This document shows positions 33,368 through 45,907 of a stretch of 64,000 nucleotides of DNA, one piece after another (the stretch's first letter is position 1; each line of letters begins with the position of its first letter). Origin of the DNA: Nitrospirota bacterium (GTDB lineage: Bacteria; Nitrospirota; UBA9217); contig JAOUEV010000001.1 in the NCBI GenBank assembly GCA_029858565.1, positions 96,001 through 160,000 on the forward strand. Direction: 5' to 3'. Both the position numbers and the translations under genes were made by a program. The notes under the pieces are model-generated. The model searched no databases. It saw only the letters and a program-made list of their open reading frames with translations, and was not told the origin of the DNA.

Positions 33368-34642
33368 ATGAAGGTAACGATCGAGGACATCAGTTCAGTA
33401 AAGAAAAAGCTGCATATTCAGGTGCTGCCCGACGCGATCGCGCGGGAGACGGAAAAGGCCGTGGCCGATATCGCCAAGAAGGCCAAGATCCCGGGATTTC
33501 GCCCGGGCAAGGCGCCCAAGGCCGTGGTGGAGCGTCACTACCAGATGGAGATCCATTCGGACGTCATGAACCGGCTCATCTCCGAATCCTATCTGCAGGC
33601 GGTGCAGGAGAACAATCTGCATCCCGTGGAGATGCCGAACATCACGAACATCTCCCCGCTCGAGAAGGATTCGCCGCTCAATTTCACGGCGATGGTCGAG
33701 GTCCGGCCGCAGATAGACCTCAAGCCCTATGAAGGCATTGAAGTGAAGGAAACGCCGGTCACCGTTACCGACGAGGATGTCACGGCCACCATCGACCGTC
33801 TCCGGGAGATGTACGCGAACCTCGAGGTCGTGGAAGGCCAGGATCTCGGCAAGGACCACACGGCGATCATCGATTTCGAAGGGTTCCATGAAGGGAAGCC
33901 GATCGAGGGCGCCAAGGCGCAGGACCACATGCTGGCGCTCGGCACGGGAAGCCTGATTCCCGGGTTCGAGGAGCAGCTGGTCGGCATGAAGAAGGCCGAA
34001 CAGCGCGAGATCAGCGTGACCTTCCCCGGCGACTATCACGACAAGAACATCGCCGGCAAGGCTGCGAAGTTCAACGTGACCCTGAAAGAGGTCAAGAAAA
34101 AGGTCCTGCCCGAGCTGAATGACGAGTTCGCCAAGGACATCGGCGAGCACAAGAACGTCGACGAACTGAAGACGCGCATCCGCGAGGACCTCGAGATCCG
34201 CAAGAAGAACGAGCGGGCATCAGGCCAGCGCGAGGAGCTCATGGCCAAGCTGGTCGATGCCTACACGTTCGATGTTCCCGGCGGCATGGTGGAGCGGGAA
34301 ATGATGTCCATGGCCCGTTCCCAGGCAATGCGTCTGGCGCGGCAGGGCATGGACCTCAAGACCTTCGATATCAAGGCCTTCCGCGAGAAGAACCACGACC
34401 TGGCCGTGAAACGCGTGAAAGGGAGCCTTCTGCTGGACCTGATCGCGGAGAAGGAAAAGATCCAGGTATCGGAGAACGAGGTGAACGCGGCCCTCGCGGC
34501 TGCAGCGCAGAGCACGGGCCAGAAGATCGAGGCTGTCAAGAAGTATTACGAGGAACAGGAAGGCGGCCTGGAGAACCTCGAGATCTCCCTGCTCCATGAG
34601 AAGACCCTCACGCTCTTGCTTTCAAAGGCGAAGAAGGTATAA
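33368..34642 (+). CDS. tig: trigger factor
   Basis: IPGFRPGKAP, FKBP domain LIPGFEEQLVG. Confidence 0.96.
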   Translation: MKVTIEDISSVKKKLHIQVLPDAIARETEKAVADIAKKAKIPGFRPGKAPKAVVERHYQMEIHSDVMNRLISESYLQAVQENNLHPVEMPNITNISPLEKDSPLNFTAMVEVRPQIDLKPYEGIEVKETPVTVTDEDVTATIDRLREMYANLEVVEGQDLGKDHTAIIDFEGFHEGKPIEGAKAQDHMLALGTGSLIPGFEEQLVGMKKAEQREISVTFPGDYHDKNIAGKAAKFNVTLKEVKKKVLPELNDEFAKDIGEHKNVDELKTRIREDLEIRKKNERASGQREELMAKLVDAYTFDVPGGMVEREMMSMARSQAMRLARQGMDLKTFDIKAFREKNHDLAVKRVKGSLLLDLIAEKEKIQVSENEVNAALAAAAQSTGQKIEAVKKYYEEQEGGLENLEISLLHEKTLTLLLSKAKKV

Positions 34643-34684
34643 AATAGAACCAGCGGAAAAGACTGAACCTGACAGGAGAATTAC

Positions 34685-35290
<606 letters not shown>

Positions 35291-35295
35291 CCGCA

Positions 35296-36537
<1,242 letters not shown>

Positions 36538-36572
36538 GGGCGCAGGAATAGTCATTAAGTAACCATGTTATC

Positions 36573-36607
36573 AAGAGATTGAGGCGAGTCTTCAATCTCT
36601 TTTTTTT
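36573..36607 (+). terminator. intrinsic terminator after clpX
   Basis: AAGAGATTGAG...TTCAATCTCTT + T tract. Confidence 0.75.
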
Positions 36608-36658
36608 CACACCTTCAGTTCATGAGGAACGGAGAAAGCAGGACCAGAAAAGAGCTTG

Positions 36659-36752
36659 TCTCGCGCAAAGCCGCAAAGAACGCAAAGGAAATCCAAGAGC
36701 CATAGCTGCAGCAATTTATTGACTTTCTTTGCGGCTTGGCGCCTTTGCGCGA
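36659..36752. repeat. inverted-repeat element (CGCAAAG family)
   Basis: TCGCGCAAAGCCGCAAAGAACGCAAAG ... CTTTGCGGCTTGGCGCCTTTGCGCGA. Confidence 0.75.
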
Positions 36753-36782
36753 AGAAGTCTTATCTTCTCGGTACGGTATGTT

Positions 36783-37376
36783 ATGAAAATCCTTTCCGCC
36801 GAATTCGTGACCAGCGCTGTAAAGCCCCATCAGTTTCCCAAGGACGGGAAGCCGCAGGTGGCTTTCGCGGGCCGGTCGAACGTCGGCAAGTCATCCATCA
36901 TCAATGCGCTGCTGAACCGGAAGAACCTGGTCAAGACCAGCTCCACTCCGGGCAAGACCCAGCTCATCAATTTCTTCCTGATCAACGATAACTTCTACTG
37001 CGTGGACCTTCCGGGGTACGGCTTCGCCCGGGCGCCCCGGAACGTTGTGGACCAATGGGCGCCCATGATCGAGGGGTATATCCGGGAAAGCGCCCAGCTT
37101 CGTCTGGTGGTCGTTCTGCTGGACAGCCGCAGAAAGCCTGATGAACGCGATGCCCGCCTGGTCGAATGGCTCCGCCACTATGACGTTCCGGCGCTGTATA
37201 TCCTCACCAAGTCCGACAAGCTGAAGCGCATGGAAGCGGCCAAGGCGCAGCGGGAGATCCCGGCGGTCCTGGAACTTGACGCGAAACCGCGGCTCACGTC
37301 CGCAAAGAGCGGGCAGGGGATCGTGGAACTGAAGAACGAGATCGCCAGGATACTGAACACACCTGCTTTGTCGTAA
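36783..37376 (+). CDS. engB: ribosome biogenesis GTPase EngB/YihA
   Basis: GRSNVGKSS, PGKTQ, DLPGYG, TKSDK. Confidence 0.95.
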   Translation: MKILSAEFVTSAVKPHQFPKDGKPQVAFAGRSNVGKSSIINALLNRKNLVKTSSTPGKTQLINFFLINDNFYCVDLPGYGFARAPRNVVDQWAPMIEGYIRESAQLRLVVVLLDSRRKPDERDARLVEWLRHYDVPALYILTKSDKLKRMEAAKAQREIPAVLELDAKPRLTSAKSGQGIVELKNEIARILNTPALS

Positions 37377-37488
37377 GTTAGGGCCCCTTTTTCTGCGCAC
37401 CGGTATTTCAAAATCCTGCATCTTGATTCTTTTTCCCGGCTCCTGTATCCTATATTCTGTCTTCTGACTCCTGAATTTGGAGGGTCAC

Positions 37489-39015
37489 ATGGAATTCATC
37501 AAGGACCTCGTCGGATCGCTCTTCTGGGCGACCGTGATCAGCCTGTCGCTCCTGGTGAGCGGGATCGTTTCCACCGGTTTTCTGGCGAAGAAATCCAAGC
37601 TCCTGAAGCCGATCGGAGCGGGGCTCAAGCTCATCGTGCTGTTCGTCGCTGTCCAGGCGTTCATATACCTGGGAGCGGCGGAAGTATATCCCCGGTTTTC
37701 CCGTCATCTGAACTTCTATTCCTGGGTCATCTTCTCCTTCGCGGTCCTGCGTCTCGCGCTCTACATGTACGGCGATCTGTTCGTGGTGCGGTGGAAAAAG
37801 GGGAGCTTTCCGGCGGCCTTCAAGAACATCATCACGGTCTTTGTCCTGGTCATCGCGGTGCTGGTGCTGCTGAAGGAGATCCTGGACATCAATGTCACAT
37901 CGCTGATCGCCACGACCACGGTGCTGACCGCAACCATCGGTCTGGCCTTCCAGAGCACGCTGGCGAACATGCTCGCCGGTCTCACGATCCACCTGGAAAA
38001 ACCGCTGAAGCAGGGCGACTGGATCCAGGCGGGCGGCCATGAGGGACATGTGCTCGATATCACGCTCCGGTCCACGCGCATGATGACCGTGGACAACAAC
38101 GAGGTCTTTATTCCGAACAGCAAGGTGCTGTCCGAGGCCGTGGTGAACTACAGCCTCCCCGACGCGGCGAGCGTGCGCAAGCTGTCGATCGGCGTTGCCT
38201 ACAGCATTCCGCCGAACACCGTGCGGAAGGCGGTCCTGGACGTGCTCTCGACGATCCCGGGCGTGGCGCATCAACCGCCGTCCCTGGTGCGCGTGCTGAG
38301 CTACGGGGACTTCTCGGTCCAGTACGAGATCCGCTTCTCCCTTATGGATTTCGGGAAGCACGTGGATGTCGAGGCGGAGATCATGAACCTTCTGTGGTAC
38401 CGGTTCCGCAGGGACCGCATCGACATACCATTCCCGATCCGCCATGTCACTATGACCCAGTTGACGCCGGAGAGCATCAAGGCCGACCATGAGCACCACG
38501 TTGCGGGTGTGCTGAAATTGATGGAAAAGGTGGACATCATGTCGGCCCTGTCCGCTGCAGAGCTGCGGAATCTTGTTGAAGCGGTGCAGGTCAAGGCCTA
38601 TGCGTCGGGCGAGTGCCCCGTGCGGCAGGGCGATGCCGGTGACTCCTTCTATATCATCAAGAAGGGGACCGTGGACGTGATCGTGGAAAAGACGCCGGGC
38701 GACGGGATGGTGGTGGCGACCCTGGGTGCGGGCAATTTCTTCGGGGAAATGAGCCTGCTGACGGGAGCCGTGCGTACCGCAAGCATCCGTGTCAAGGACG
38801 ACGCGGAGTTCATCGTCATCGACCGGGAGAACTTCCGGACGGTCCTGGTGCATAATCCCTCGATCGCCGAGTCCCTGAGCCACATCCTGGCAGAGCGCCA
38901 GGCAAGCCTTGATGCTCAGCGCGAAAAGCTCGACAGCGCGACCGTGGCCCGGCGGAAACAGGACGCCTCCGGCAAGATGCTGCACAATATCAGGCACTTT
39001 TTCGGCCTCCATTGA
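37489..39015 (+). CDS. MscS mechanosensitive channel with C-terminal cNMP-binding domain
   Basis: IGLAFQSTL.N..AG, GDWI, IPNS, IPFP; QGD.GDSFYII..G, FFGEMSLLTG..R.A. Confidence 0.88.
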   Translation: MEFIKDLVGSLFWATVISLSLLVSGIVSTGFLAKKSKLLKPIGAGLKLIVLFVAVQAFIYLGAAEVYPRFSRHLNFYSWVIFSFAVLRLALYMYGDLFVVRWKKGSFPAAFKNIITVFVLVIAVLVLLKEILDINVTSLIATTTVLTATIGLAFQSTLANMLAGLTIHLEKPLKQGDWIQAGGHEGHVLDITLRSTRMMTVDNNEVFIPNSKVLSEAVVNYSLPDAASVRKLSIGVAYSIPPNTVRKAVLDVLSTIPGVAHQPPSLVRVLSYGDFSVQYEIRFSLMDFGKHVDVEAEIMNLLWYRFRRDRIDIPFPIRHVTMTQLTPESIKADHEHHVAGVLKLMEKVDIMSALSAAELRNLVEAVQVKAYASGECPVRQGDAGDSFYIIKKGTVDVIVEKTPGDGMVVATLGAGNFFGEMSLLTGAVRTASIRVKDDAEFIVIDRENFRTVLVHNPSIAESLSHILAERQASLDAQREKLDSATVARRKQDASGKMLHNIRHFFGLH

Positions 39016-39099
39016 GGCCGGACAACAGGCGGACATTATTTCACGGTCACTTGATTTGTTCGTTGACTCTCCGGAAAATCCCATTATAATGAACGAATT

Positions 39100-40512
39100 A
39101 TGAGGGAACTGACGAGAGGCGAAGACTTCTACGACGGGAACGCACTGCTGGGCGATCCCGTGCACGGATATATTTCCTTCACCACTCCGCGGCCGGATGT
39201 TCCCGAAAAAACGGAAAAAGACCTGATCGATACGGCGTGGATGCAGCGGCTCCGGCAGATCTATCAGCTTCAGAGCGCGCGCTGGGTCTATCCATCGGCC
39301 GAGCACAGCCGCTTCCAGCACTCCCTTGGCGCCATGCATCTTGCGGGCCGCTTCGCCCGCCATCTCTATCCGTCCCTCAGGGCGGCGGTCCCCGACTGCC
39401 CGTCCGCCAACTTCATCGAGGAACTTCTCCGCGTTGCCGCTCTGCTGCACGATGTCGGCCACGGTCCGTTCGGCCATTTCTTTGATGACAATTTTCTCGA
39501 ACATTTCGGCCTCACCCACGAGAAGCTCGGCCAGCTGATCATCAGGAACGAGCTGGGGTCCATCCTCCGCGAGATCAAGAGGAGCCCGTCGGGCGAGTTC
39601 GCCAAGCGGGAGCGCCTCGATCCGGACCAGATCGCCTTCCTCATCGGCAAAGGCGCGACGGCCGTGTCAAAGCAGCCCCGCTGGCTCACCTTCCTCCAGC
39701 CCATGCTCTCGGGCATCTACACGGTGGACAACCTGGACTATGTGCTGCGGGACGCGTATATGTGCGGCGTGGCCGTGGGGCCCGTGGACATCGACCGGCT
39801 GATGTACTACACCTTCTTCACCGACAAGGGACTGACGCTTCACAAGTCCGGCCTGTCGGCGCTGAACATGTTCCTGAACGCCCGGCTGTACATGTACACC
39901 AACGTCTACTACCATCGCACCACGCGGGCCATTGACCAGCACTTGAAGGAGCTGTTCAAGGACACTATGGCCGCGCTCTTTCCGTACAACCCCGCCGAGA
40001 ACCTTGGGGCCTACCTTGATCTGACCGACTGGTCGTTGCTCGAAGCGGTCCGGAAATGGGGCAAGGAAAGCGATGGAGCAACGACAAAGCTGGGTGCTGA
40101 ATGGGCCACAATCCTGGCCCGTGAAGTAAAATGGAAGATGGCCTACGATGTAACCCTGTCGATGCGGTACTTTGCCAAGGGGAACACGCTCATCGAGGCC
40201 CCCGAGATGGTCAAGCGGGTGCGGAAAAAGCTTCCCGAAAAGCTCAAAGACCTTCAGTTCTGCGTGGACATGGCGAGCCAGGACCCGCGCCCCATCAACC
40301 CCCTCATGATGGGCGAGCGCCAGATCCACGTGTTCAATCCCTCGACCCGGAAGGTCGAGAAGGAACCGCTCAAGGATTTTTTCGACTACATCCCGGCGCG
40401 GGTCGTCCAATGCCGCGTCTTCACGCTCAACCACGACCACGATCTTCTGCTTGCCGACATCGTGGAGCAGGTCCTGGGGATCCAGGAAGACAGCATCAAG
40501 ACGAACGTGTGA
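39100..40512 (+). CDS. HD-superfamily phosphohydrolase (dNTPase-like)
   Basis: DPVHGYI, QRLR.I.Q, HSRFQHSLG, LLHDVGHGPF.H, D..DY..RD. Confidence 0.88.
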   Translation: MRELTRGEDFYDGNALLGDPVHGYISFTTPRPDVPEKTEKDLIDTAWMQRLRQIYQLQSARWVYPSAEHSRFQHSLGAMHLAGRFARHLYPSLRAAVPDCPSANFIEELLRVAALLHDVGHGPFGHFFDDNFLEHFGLTHEKLGQLIIRNELGSILREIKRSPSGEFAKRERLDPDQIAFLIGKGATAVSKQPRWLTFLQPMLSGIYTVDNLDYVLRDAYMCGVAVGPVDIDRLMYYTFFTDKGLTLHKSGLSALNMFLNARLYMYTNVYYHRTTRAIDQHLKELFKDTMAALFPYNPAENLGAYLDLTDWSLLEAVRKWGKESDGATTKLGAEWATILAREVKWKMAYDVTLSMRYFAKGNTLIEAPEMVKRVRKKLPEKLKDLQFCVDMASQDPRPINPLMMGERQIHVFNPSTRKVEKEPLKDFFDYIPARVVQCRVFTLNHDHDLLLADIVEQVLGIQEDSIKTNV

Positions 40513-40564
40513 TCACGCAGCAGGCTCTTCCCCGAGCGGCTTGTCCGCAGGGCGCGGGCCGACG

Positions 40565-42082
40565 ATGTCTCTGTTCGTGAAGCCCATGAAGACCAAGGCC
40601 AGAAATATCATTGCAGGAACGGTTCTCGCCGCTTCCCTCGTTTGGACGGCAGACGCGGTCCTGGACTCGATCGTCCATCATGACGGGACCTTCAGTGACC
40701 TGTTCGCTGGAAATGTCCCGATCCACGGCATTGTTTTCCGTATCCTGTTCGCGGCCGTCATCATCGTGGGAGCGTACAGCTACGCGAAGGTCAGGGAAAA
40801 GCGGGTGATCAGCACGGATGAACTGCAGCGGCACCTTGCCGCGGTCGAGGCCTCCATGGACGGGGTCGCCATTTACGACAAGAACGGCAACTATCTCTAT
40901 GTAAACGAGGCTTACGCGCGGATCAACGGGTATAAAGGGACAAGAGAGGTTATCGGCAAGAACTTCAGGCTGGTCTACGGTGATAATCAGCGGGAATGGA
41001 TGGAGCGGAATATCCCTCCTGAACTCGAACGGACCGGGAAGTGGCATGGAGAACTGCTGGCCCAACGGAAGGATGGGACAGCATATATCCAGGAAGTATC
41101 GGTATCGCGCCTCCCTGACGGCGGCCGGATCTGCATCATCAGGGACATCACCGACCGAAAACAGCGCGAAGAGGCGCTCAAGCGCTCCGAGCGTCTCCTG
41201 AACAGCATCTTCGCAAGCATCCACGATCCCTTCTGCGTTCTTGACGAGAGCTATCGGATCATCAAGGCGAACAAGGCCTACGCTGAGCTCAAGGAAAAGA
41301 GCCTTTCCGACATCCTCGACCATGCGTGCTACAAGACGCTGGAAGGGAAGAACGAGGTCTGTGACGGCTGCGTGATACGGAAGACCTTCCAGTCGGGCGA
41401 TCCCTGCGCCAAGGAAAAGAAGGTCACCCTTCGTTCGGGCGAGACGCTCTGGCTCGAGATATTCACCTATCCGATAACCGACGAGCAGGGGAAAACGATC
41501 CAGGTGATCGAATATACCCGCGACGTGACCGACCGGAAAAAATCCGACGATGACCGCAAGCGGCTCATCGACCGTCTCGAGATCCTGTCAAGCGTTGACG
41601 GGCTGACCGGTCTGCTCAACCGGAGGGCACTGACCGAGCAGCTAACTTACGAGATCGACAGAGCCCGGAGATACGGGTCCGCCCTCTCGATCATTCTGTG
41701 CGACATGGACAATCTAAAGGAGATCAACGACCGGCATGGACACCTTGCGGGCGATATGGCGATCCAGATGGTATCGGCAACGCTCAGGAATGTCCTCCGG
41801 AGCGTGGATATCGCGGGACGGTACGGAGGCGATGAGTTCCTGCTGATCGTTCCCGAGACCCAGATCGAAGGTGTCCGGAGTCTCGCAGAGAAGATACGAG
41901 AAGCGATCCAGCGGACCGAGATCCGCGTTGATAAGGAAAAGACCTTGGCCATGTCGCTCAGCATGGGCATCGCGACCCTGGCCTCGCTGCCCGAGGATGT
42001 CGACGGGCTTATATCCCGCGTGGATACGGCGTTGTATAACTCCAAGCATTCCGGCAGGAACCGCATATCGGTGGCCGAGTAG
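40565..42082 (+). CDS. membrane PAS-PAS-GGDEF diguanylate cyclase
   Basis: 2 TM, two PAS, DGLTGLLNRR, RxxD I-site, RYGGDEF. Confidence 0.9.
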   Translation: MSLFVKPMKTKARNIIAGTVLAASLVWTADAVLDSIVHHDGTFSDLFAGNVPIHGIVFRILFAAVIIVGAYSYAKVREKRVISTDELQRHLAAVEASMDGVAIYDKNGNYLYVNEAYARINGYKGTREVIGKNFRLVYGDNQREWMERNIPPELERTGKWHGELLAQRKDGTAYIQEVSVSRLPDGGRICIIRDITDRKQREEALKRSERLLNSIFASIHDPFCVLDESYRIIKANKAYAELKEKSLSDILDHACYKTLEGKNEVCDGCVIRKTFQSGDPCAKEKKVTLRSGETLWLEIFTYPITDEQGKTIQVIEYTRDVTDRKKSDDDRKRLIDRLEILSSVDGLTGLLNRRALTEQLTYEIDRARRYGSALSIILCDMDNLKEINDRHGHLAGDMAIQMVSATLRNVLRSVDIAGRYGGDEFLLIVPETQIEGVRSLAEKIREAIQRTEIRVDKEKTLAMSLSMGIATLASLPEDVDGLISRVDTALYNSKHSGRNRISVAE

Positions 42083-42170
42083 GCATGGTTATCACCGGGA
42101 GTACGGCACTTGCTAGGCAGCATGGCTGATCGCTGGTTATTTTTTGTCAGGACCAGTGAATCGGCCAGGA

Positions 42171-42206
42171 ACAGAAGCGGGCTCTTGAAAAAGAGCCCGC
42201 TTCTGT
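42171..42206. terminator. hairpin between convergent genes
   Basis: ACAGAAGCGGGCTCTT-GAAA-AAGAGCCCGCTTCTGT. Confidence 0.75.
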
Positions 42207-42274
42207 GTTTGTACCGCGGATTAAGCTTTCTAGGTCAGGCAGGCTATGCGAGAGAGCTCCTGTCAGTCTTAGTT

Positions 42275-44104
42275 CTATGGCACATAGAGCGCCTTCACCA
42301 TGCTGACAATGGCCTTCCAGGAGATTCCCTCGTAGTCCAGCAGTTCACCGGATTTCCCGCTCCTGGGAATACTTCTGATCGCAAGGGAATGGATCGGCAC
42401 GGGACGTTTTGAAAGGGTTGCCCGCACAGCATCGGCGATGCCGCCCTCGGGAACATGGTCTTCCACAACGATGATGCATCCTGTGTCGTCCGCCGCCTGT
42501 CTGATCGTCGCGATGTCGACCGGTTTGACGCTGTAAAGGTCGATCACGCGGATGTATATATCCTCCTTTTTCAGCTCTTCATAGGCCTTCAGCGCCTCAT
42601 GGACCGTAATGCCGGCTGCGACTATCGTCGCCATATCCCCTGAGTTCGACCGCAGGACCTTGCTGCCGCCTATCCAGAAAGCTTCGTCGTTGCGATATAA
42701 AACCGCGGTAGGATTGCGCGTTGTCCTGAGATAGCTGATGCCGGTGAATTGCGCCATCAGTTCCGTCAGTTTTTCCGCGGACACGGCGTCCGAGGGATAG
42801 AGCACCACGCTCCGCTGGACGCTTCTGAACATGGCCAGGTCCTCCAGCCCCATCTGGGAGGAGCCGTCCTCGCCGATCGACACGCCGGCGTGGGATCCGC
42901 AGAACTTGATGTTCCCGTTGGAATAGGCTGCCATGCGCACCTGGTCAAAAGCACGGGTAAAGAAAGCCGCAAAGGTGGATACAAAGGGGGTCTTGCCCCG
43001 GAGAGCCATACCGAGCGCGGCGCCTACCATATTCTGTTCAGCAATGAACATTTCAAAGAACCGCTCGGGATGTTTTGCCTTGAACAGCTCTGCATAGGTC
43101 GAATTGCTCACCTCGCCGTCAAGGACCGCCAGATCGGGATACTGCACTGCAAGGCGCGCCAGGGCCGTGCCATAGGCATAGCGCGTCGCGATCGGTTTGT
43201 CAGGATCATAGAGCGATGCCGGGGCCTTGATACTTTGCTGGTATGCCGGTCTCTCGTTGTCGGGCTTTGTCAGTGAACCGTGAACCGACTTGTCCACGGG
43301 CCCCAGCTCTTTGAGCGCCAGCTCCAGTTCATCCGAATTCAGCGCTTTGCCATGCCAGCCGTTCTTGTTCTCTATGAAAGAGACGCCCTTTCCCTTGATG
43401 GTCCGTGCGATGATCATGCAGGGCTTGTCGCCGGACTTCATTGCCTGGCCATAGGCGGTCTTGATGAGATAAGGGTCATGGCCGTCGATCTCAACCGCCA
43501 GCCAGCCGAATGCTTCTGCCCGCTTTCGGTAGATATCAAGAGCATGTCCGTACATGGTCTCTCCCCGCTGACCGAGCCGGTTCACATCCACGATCGCCGT
43601 GAGGTTCCCGAGCTTATAGTAGGAAGCGATCGCCATGGCCTCCCAGACCGATCCTTCGGCCATTTCGCCGTCACCCAGAAGCACATAGGTGCGGTAGGGG
43701 AGCTTGTCGAGGAACTTCGCGTTCAGCGCCATGCCTACGCCGATCGACAGACCCTGTCCAAGCGAGCCGGTGGCGGCTTCTGTATACCTGAACGCGGGCG
43801 TAGGATGGCCTTCCAAAGGACTTCCGAACTTCCTGAGGCTCATAAGTTCATCGTCGGTGACAGCGCCTGCCGCTGCCCAGAGCGCGTAAAACAGCGGGGA
43901 AGCGTGGCCTTTTGAAAAAATGAGCCTGTCGTTGTTGGGATGGCCGGGATCGTCAAGGTCATAGCTGAAGATGCCGCTGAAGAGAAGCACGGTCATCAGG
44001 TCGGCCGCTGAAAGGGAGGATGTGGGATGGCCGGAACCGGCCCTGGTCGTCGAGACCAGGATATTATAACGGATCAATTTTGCGAGTGCTGATAGATCGT
44101 TCAC
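42275..44104 (-). CDS. tkt: transketolase
   Basis: GSGHPTS, SKGHA, GSLGQG, GDGE..EG, IAEQN, GEDG.S. Confidence 0.92.
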   Translation of the reverse strand: MNDLSALAKLIRYNILVSTTRAGSGHPTSSLSAADLMTVLLFSGIFSYDLDDPGHPNNDRLIFSKGHASPLFYALWAAAGAVTDDELMSLRKFGSPLEGHPTPAFRYTEAATGSLGQGLSIGVGMALNAKFLDKLPYRTYVLLGDGEMAEGSVWEAMAIASYYKLGNLTAIVDVNRLGQRGETMYGHALDIYRKRAEAFGWLAVEIDGHDPYLIKTAYGQAMKSGDKPCMIIARTIKGKGVSFIENKNGWHGKALNSDELELALKELGPVDKSVHGSLTKPDNERPAYQQSIKAPASLYDPDKPIATRYAYGTALARLAVQYPDLAVLDGEVSNSTYAELFKAKHPERFFEMFIAEQNMVGAALGMALRGKTPFVSTFAAFFTRAFDQVRMAAYSNGNIKFCGSHAGVSIGEDGSSQMGLEDLAMFRSVQRSVVLYPSDAVSAEKLTELMAQFTGISYLRTTRNPTAVLYRNDEAFWIGGSKVLRSNSGDMATIVAAGITVHEALKAYEELKKEDIYIRVIDLYSVKPVDIATIRQAADDTGCIIVVEDHVPEGGIADAVRATLSKRPVPIHSLAIRSIPRSGKSGELLDYEGISWKAIVSMVKALYVP

Positions 44105-44156
44105 AAACTCCTCCTCAAGAAACCCAGCGTTAGAACGCGGACGTTCTGCTCCCGCA

Positions 44157-44672
44157 CTAGGGCAGCAGGCTTTTTACATCCACCGGCGGCTCGTCCTGGG
44201 ACCCTTCTCCCTTGGCCTTGCCTCCGATCTCCAGTCCTGCTTCGCGGTAATAATTGTACCCCGGATACTTGCCCGGCCCGCTGATAAGCAGGTCCTCCTT
44301 CTCATACACCAGGTTCGTGCGGAGATATTCTCCCATCTCGAAGTCCGGCGTGAGCTGGATCGCGCAGGTCGGGCAGGCTTCTTCGCAGTACCCGCAGAAG
44401 ATGCAGCGGGAGAAATTTATCCGAAAGAACTCCGGGTAGCGCCTTCCCATTTGGTCTTCGGTCGCCTGGAGCGAAATGCAGTCCACCGGGCAGGCAACCG
44501 CGCAGAGATGACAGGCAACGCAACGCTCCCGTCCGTCAGGATCGCGGGAGAGAATGATCCTGCCGCGCCACCGGGGCGCGAGCGTGGAGCGCTCCTCGGG
44601 GTACTGGACCGTGATCCGCTTCCGGAACATGGTCATGAAGACCGTGAGTATGGATCGCAGAATACTAAACAT
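44157..44672 (-). CDS. nuoI: NADH-quinone oxidoreductase subunit I
   Basis: two CxxCxxCxxxCP; QYPEE. Confidence 0.95.
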   Translation of the reverse strand: MFSILRSILTVFMTMFRKRITVQYPEERSTLAPRWRGRIILSRDPDGRERCVACHLCAVACPVDCISLQATEDQMGRRYPEFFRINFSRCIFCGYCEEACPTCAIQLTPDFEMGEYLRTNLVYEKEDLLISGPGKYPGYNYYREAGLEIGGKAKGEGSQDEPPVDVKSLLP

Positions 44673-44808
44673 GGTTGTTGACACTGAGGACACTGACAAG
44701 GCCTTTGACACAGATAACGGCGGATAGGAGCCTATGAAAATGCTGGATGAATCTGTTACAAATATCACGCATCTTCATAGCCGTTCTCTGAGTCTTCAGT
44801 GTCTACAA

Positions 44809-45762
44809 CTATCCTTTCATCAGTATCCATGCACCAGTCAGTAGCAAATTCCCCACCGCCAGAGGCAGGCAGACCTTCCATCCAAAGGACATCAGCTGGT
44901 CGTACCTGGGCCGGGGAAGACTGGCGCGCAGCAGGATGAACAGACAGATGAAAAAGAACGTCTTGAGCGTGAACCACACCAGCGGCGGCAGCCAGGGGCC
45001 GAGCCAGCCGCCGAAGAACAGGACCGTGATGAGCGACGAGATCAAGGTGATGCCGAGATATTCGCCGACGAAGAACAGGCCGAACTTGAGGCCCGAGTAC
45101 TCCGAGTGAAAGCCCGCGACCAGTTCGCTTTCCGCCTCGGGCAGGTCAAAGGGCAGGCGGTTGGTCTCCGCGGTCCCGGCGATCAGGAACAGCATGAAGC
45201 CGACGAACTGATAGCGGATGAACCAGCCGTCCCGCTGGGCTTCGATGATGCGGTTCAGGTCAAAGGACCCGGCGAGCATCACCACGCCCATGAGCGACAG
45301 GCCCATGAAGGCTTCGTACGAAAGCATCTGGGCTGACGATCGGAGCCCGCCGAGGATCGAGTACTTGCTTCCCGAGGCCCATCCCGCGAGAACGACGCTG
45401 TACACGCCAAGTGACGACATGGCGAGGAAGAAGAGCAGCCCCATGTTCAATTCCACGACCTGGATGCCCGGAGCAAAAGGCACCACGGCAAAGGACATGA
45501 GCGTGACCGTGACGATAATGGCCGGCGCCATGATGAAGACCGGTTTGTTCGCGAAAGGCGGGACCCAGTCTTCCTTGAAGAGGACCTTGATCATGTCCGC
45601 AACGACCTGGAGCAGGCCGAAGGGGCCGACGCGGTTCGGGCCGTACCGGTCCTGCCAGAGCGCCAGCAGACGCCGTTCGAGCCAGATCAGCATCCCGCCA
45701 ACGGCCAGGAGGGTGAAGAGGACGGCGAAGGAGACCAGTATGTGAGTAAGGCTGTTGCTCAT
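44809..45762 (-). CDS. nuoH: NADH-quinone oxidoreductase subunit H
   Basis: ERR...QDRYGPNRVG, PFDLPEAE.EL..GF..EYSG. Confidence 0.96.
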   Translation of the reverse strand: MSNSLTHILVSFAVLFTLLAVGGMLIWLERRLLALWQDRYGPNRVGPFGLLQVVADMIKVLFKEDWVPPFANKPVFIMAPAIIVTVTLMSFAVVPFAPGIQVVELNMGLLFFLAMSSLGVYSVVLAGWASGSKYSILGGLRSSAQMLSYEAFMGLSLMGVVMLAGSFDLNRIIEAQRDGWFIRYQFVGFMLFLIAGTAETNRLPFDLPEAESELVAGFHSEYSGLKFGLFFVGEYLGITLISSLITVLFFGGWLGPWLPPLVWFTLKTFFFICLFILLRASLPRPRYDQLMSFGWKVCLPLAVGNLLLTGAWILMKG

Positions 45763-45907
45763 GGCAATACGGATAGAACAGAAGGACCATTGATCGCACG
45801 AAGGCACGAAGTCACGAAGAAAGGCAATTTCACTCTCCTGGTCTTGATCAGAGTTGACTCCTCCGTGTCTTCGTGGCTTCGTGCGAGACTGCTTTTGACA
45901 TCGTCCG

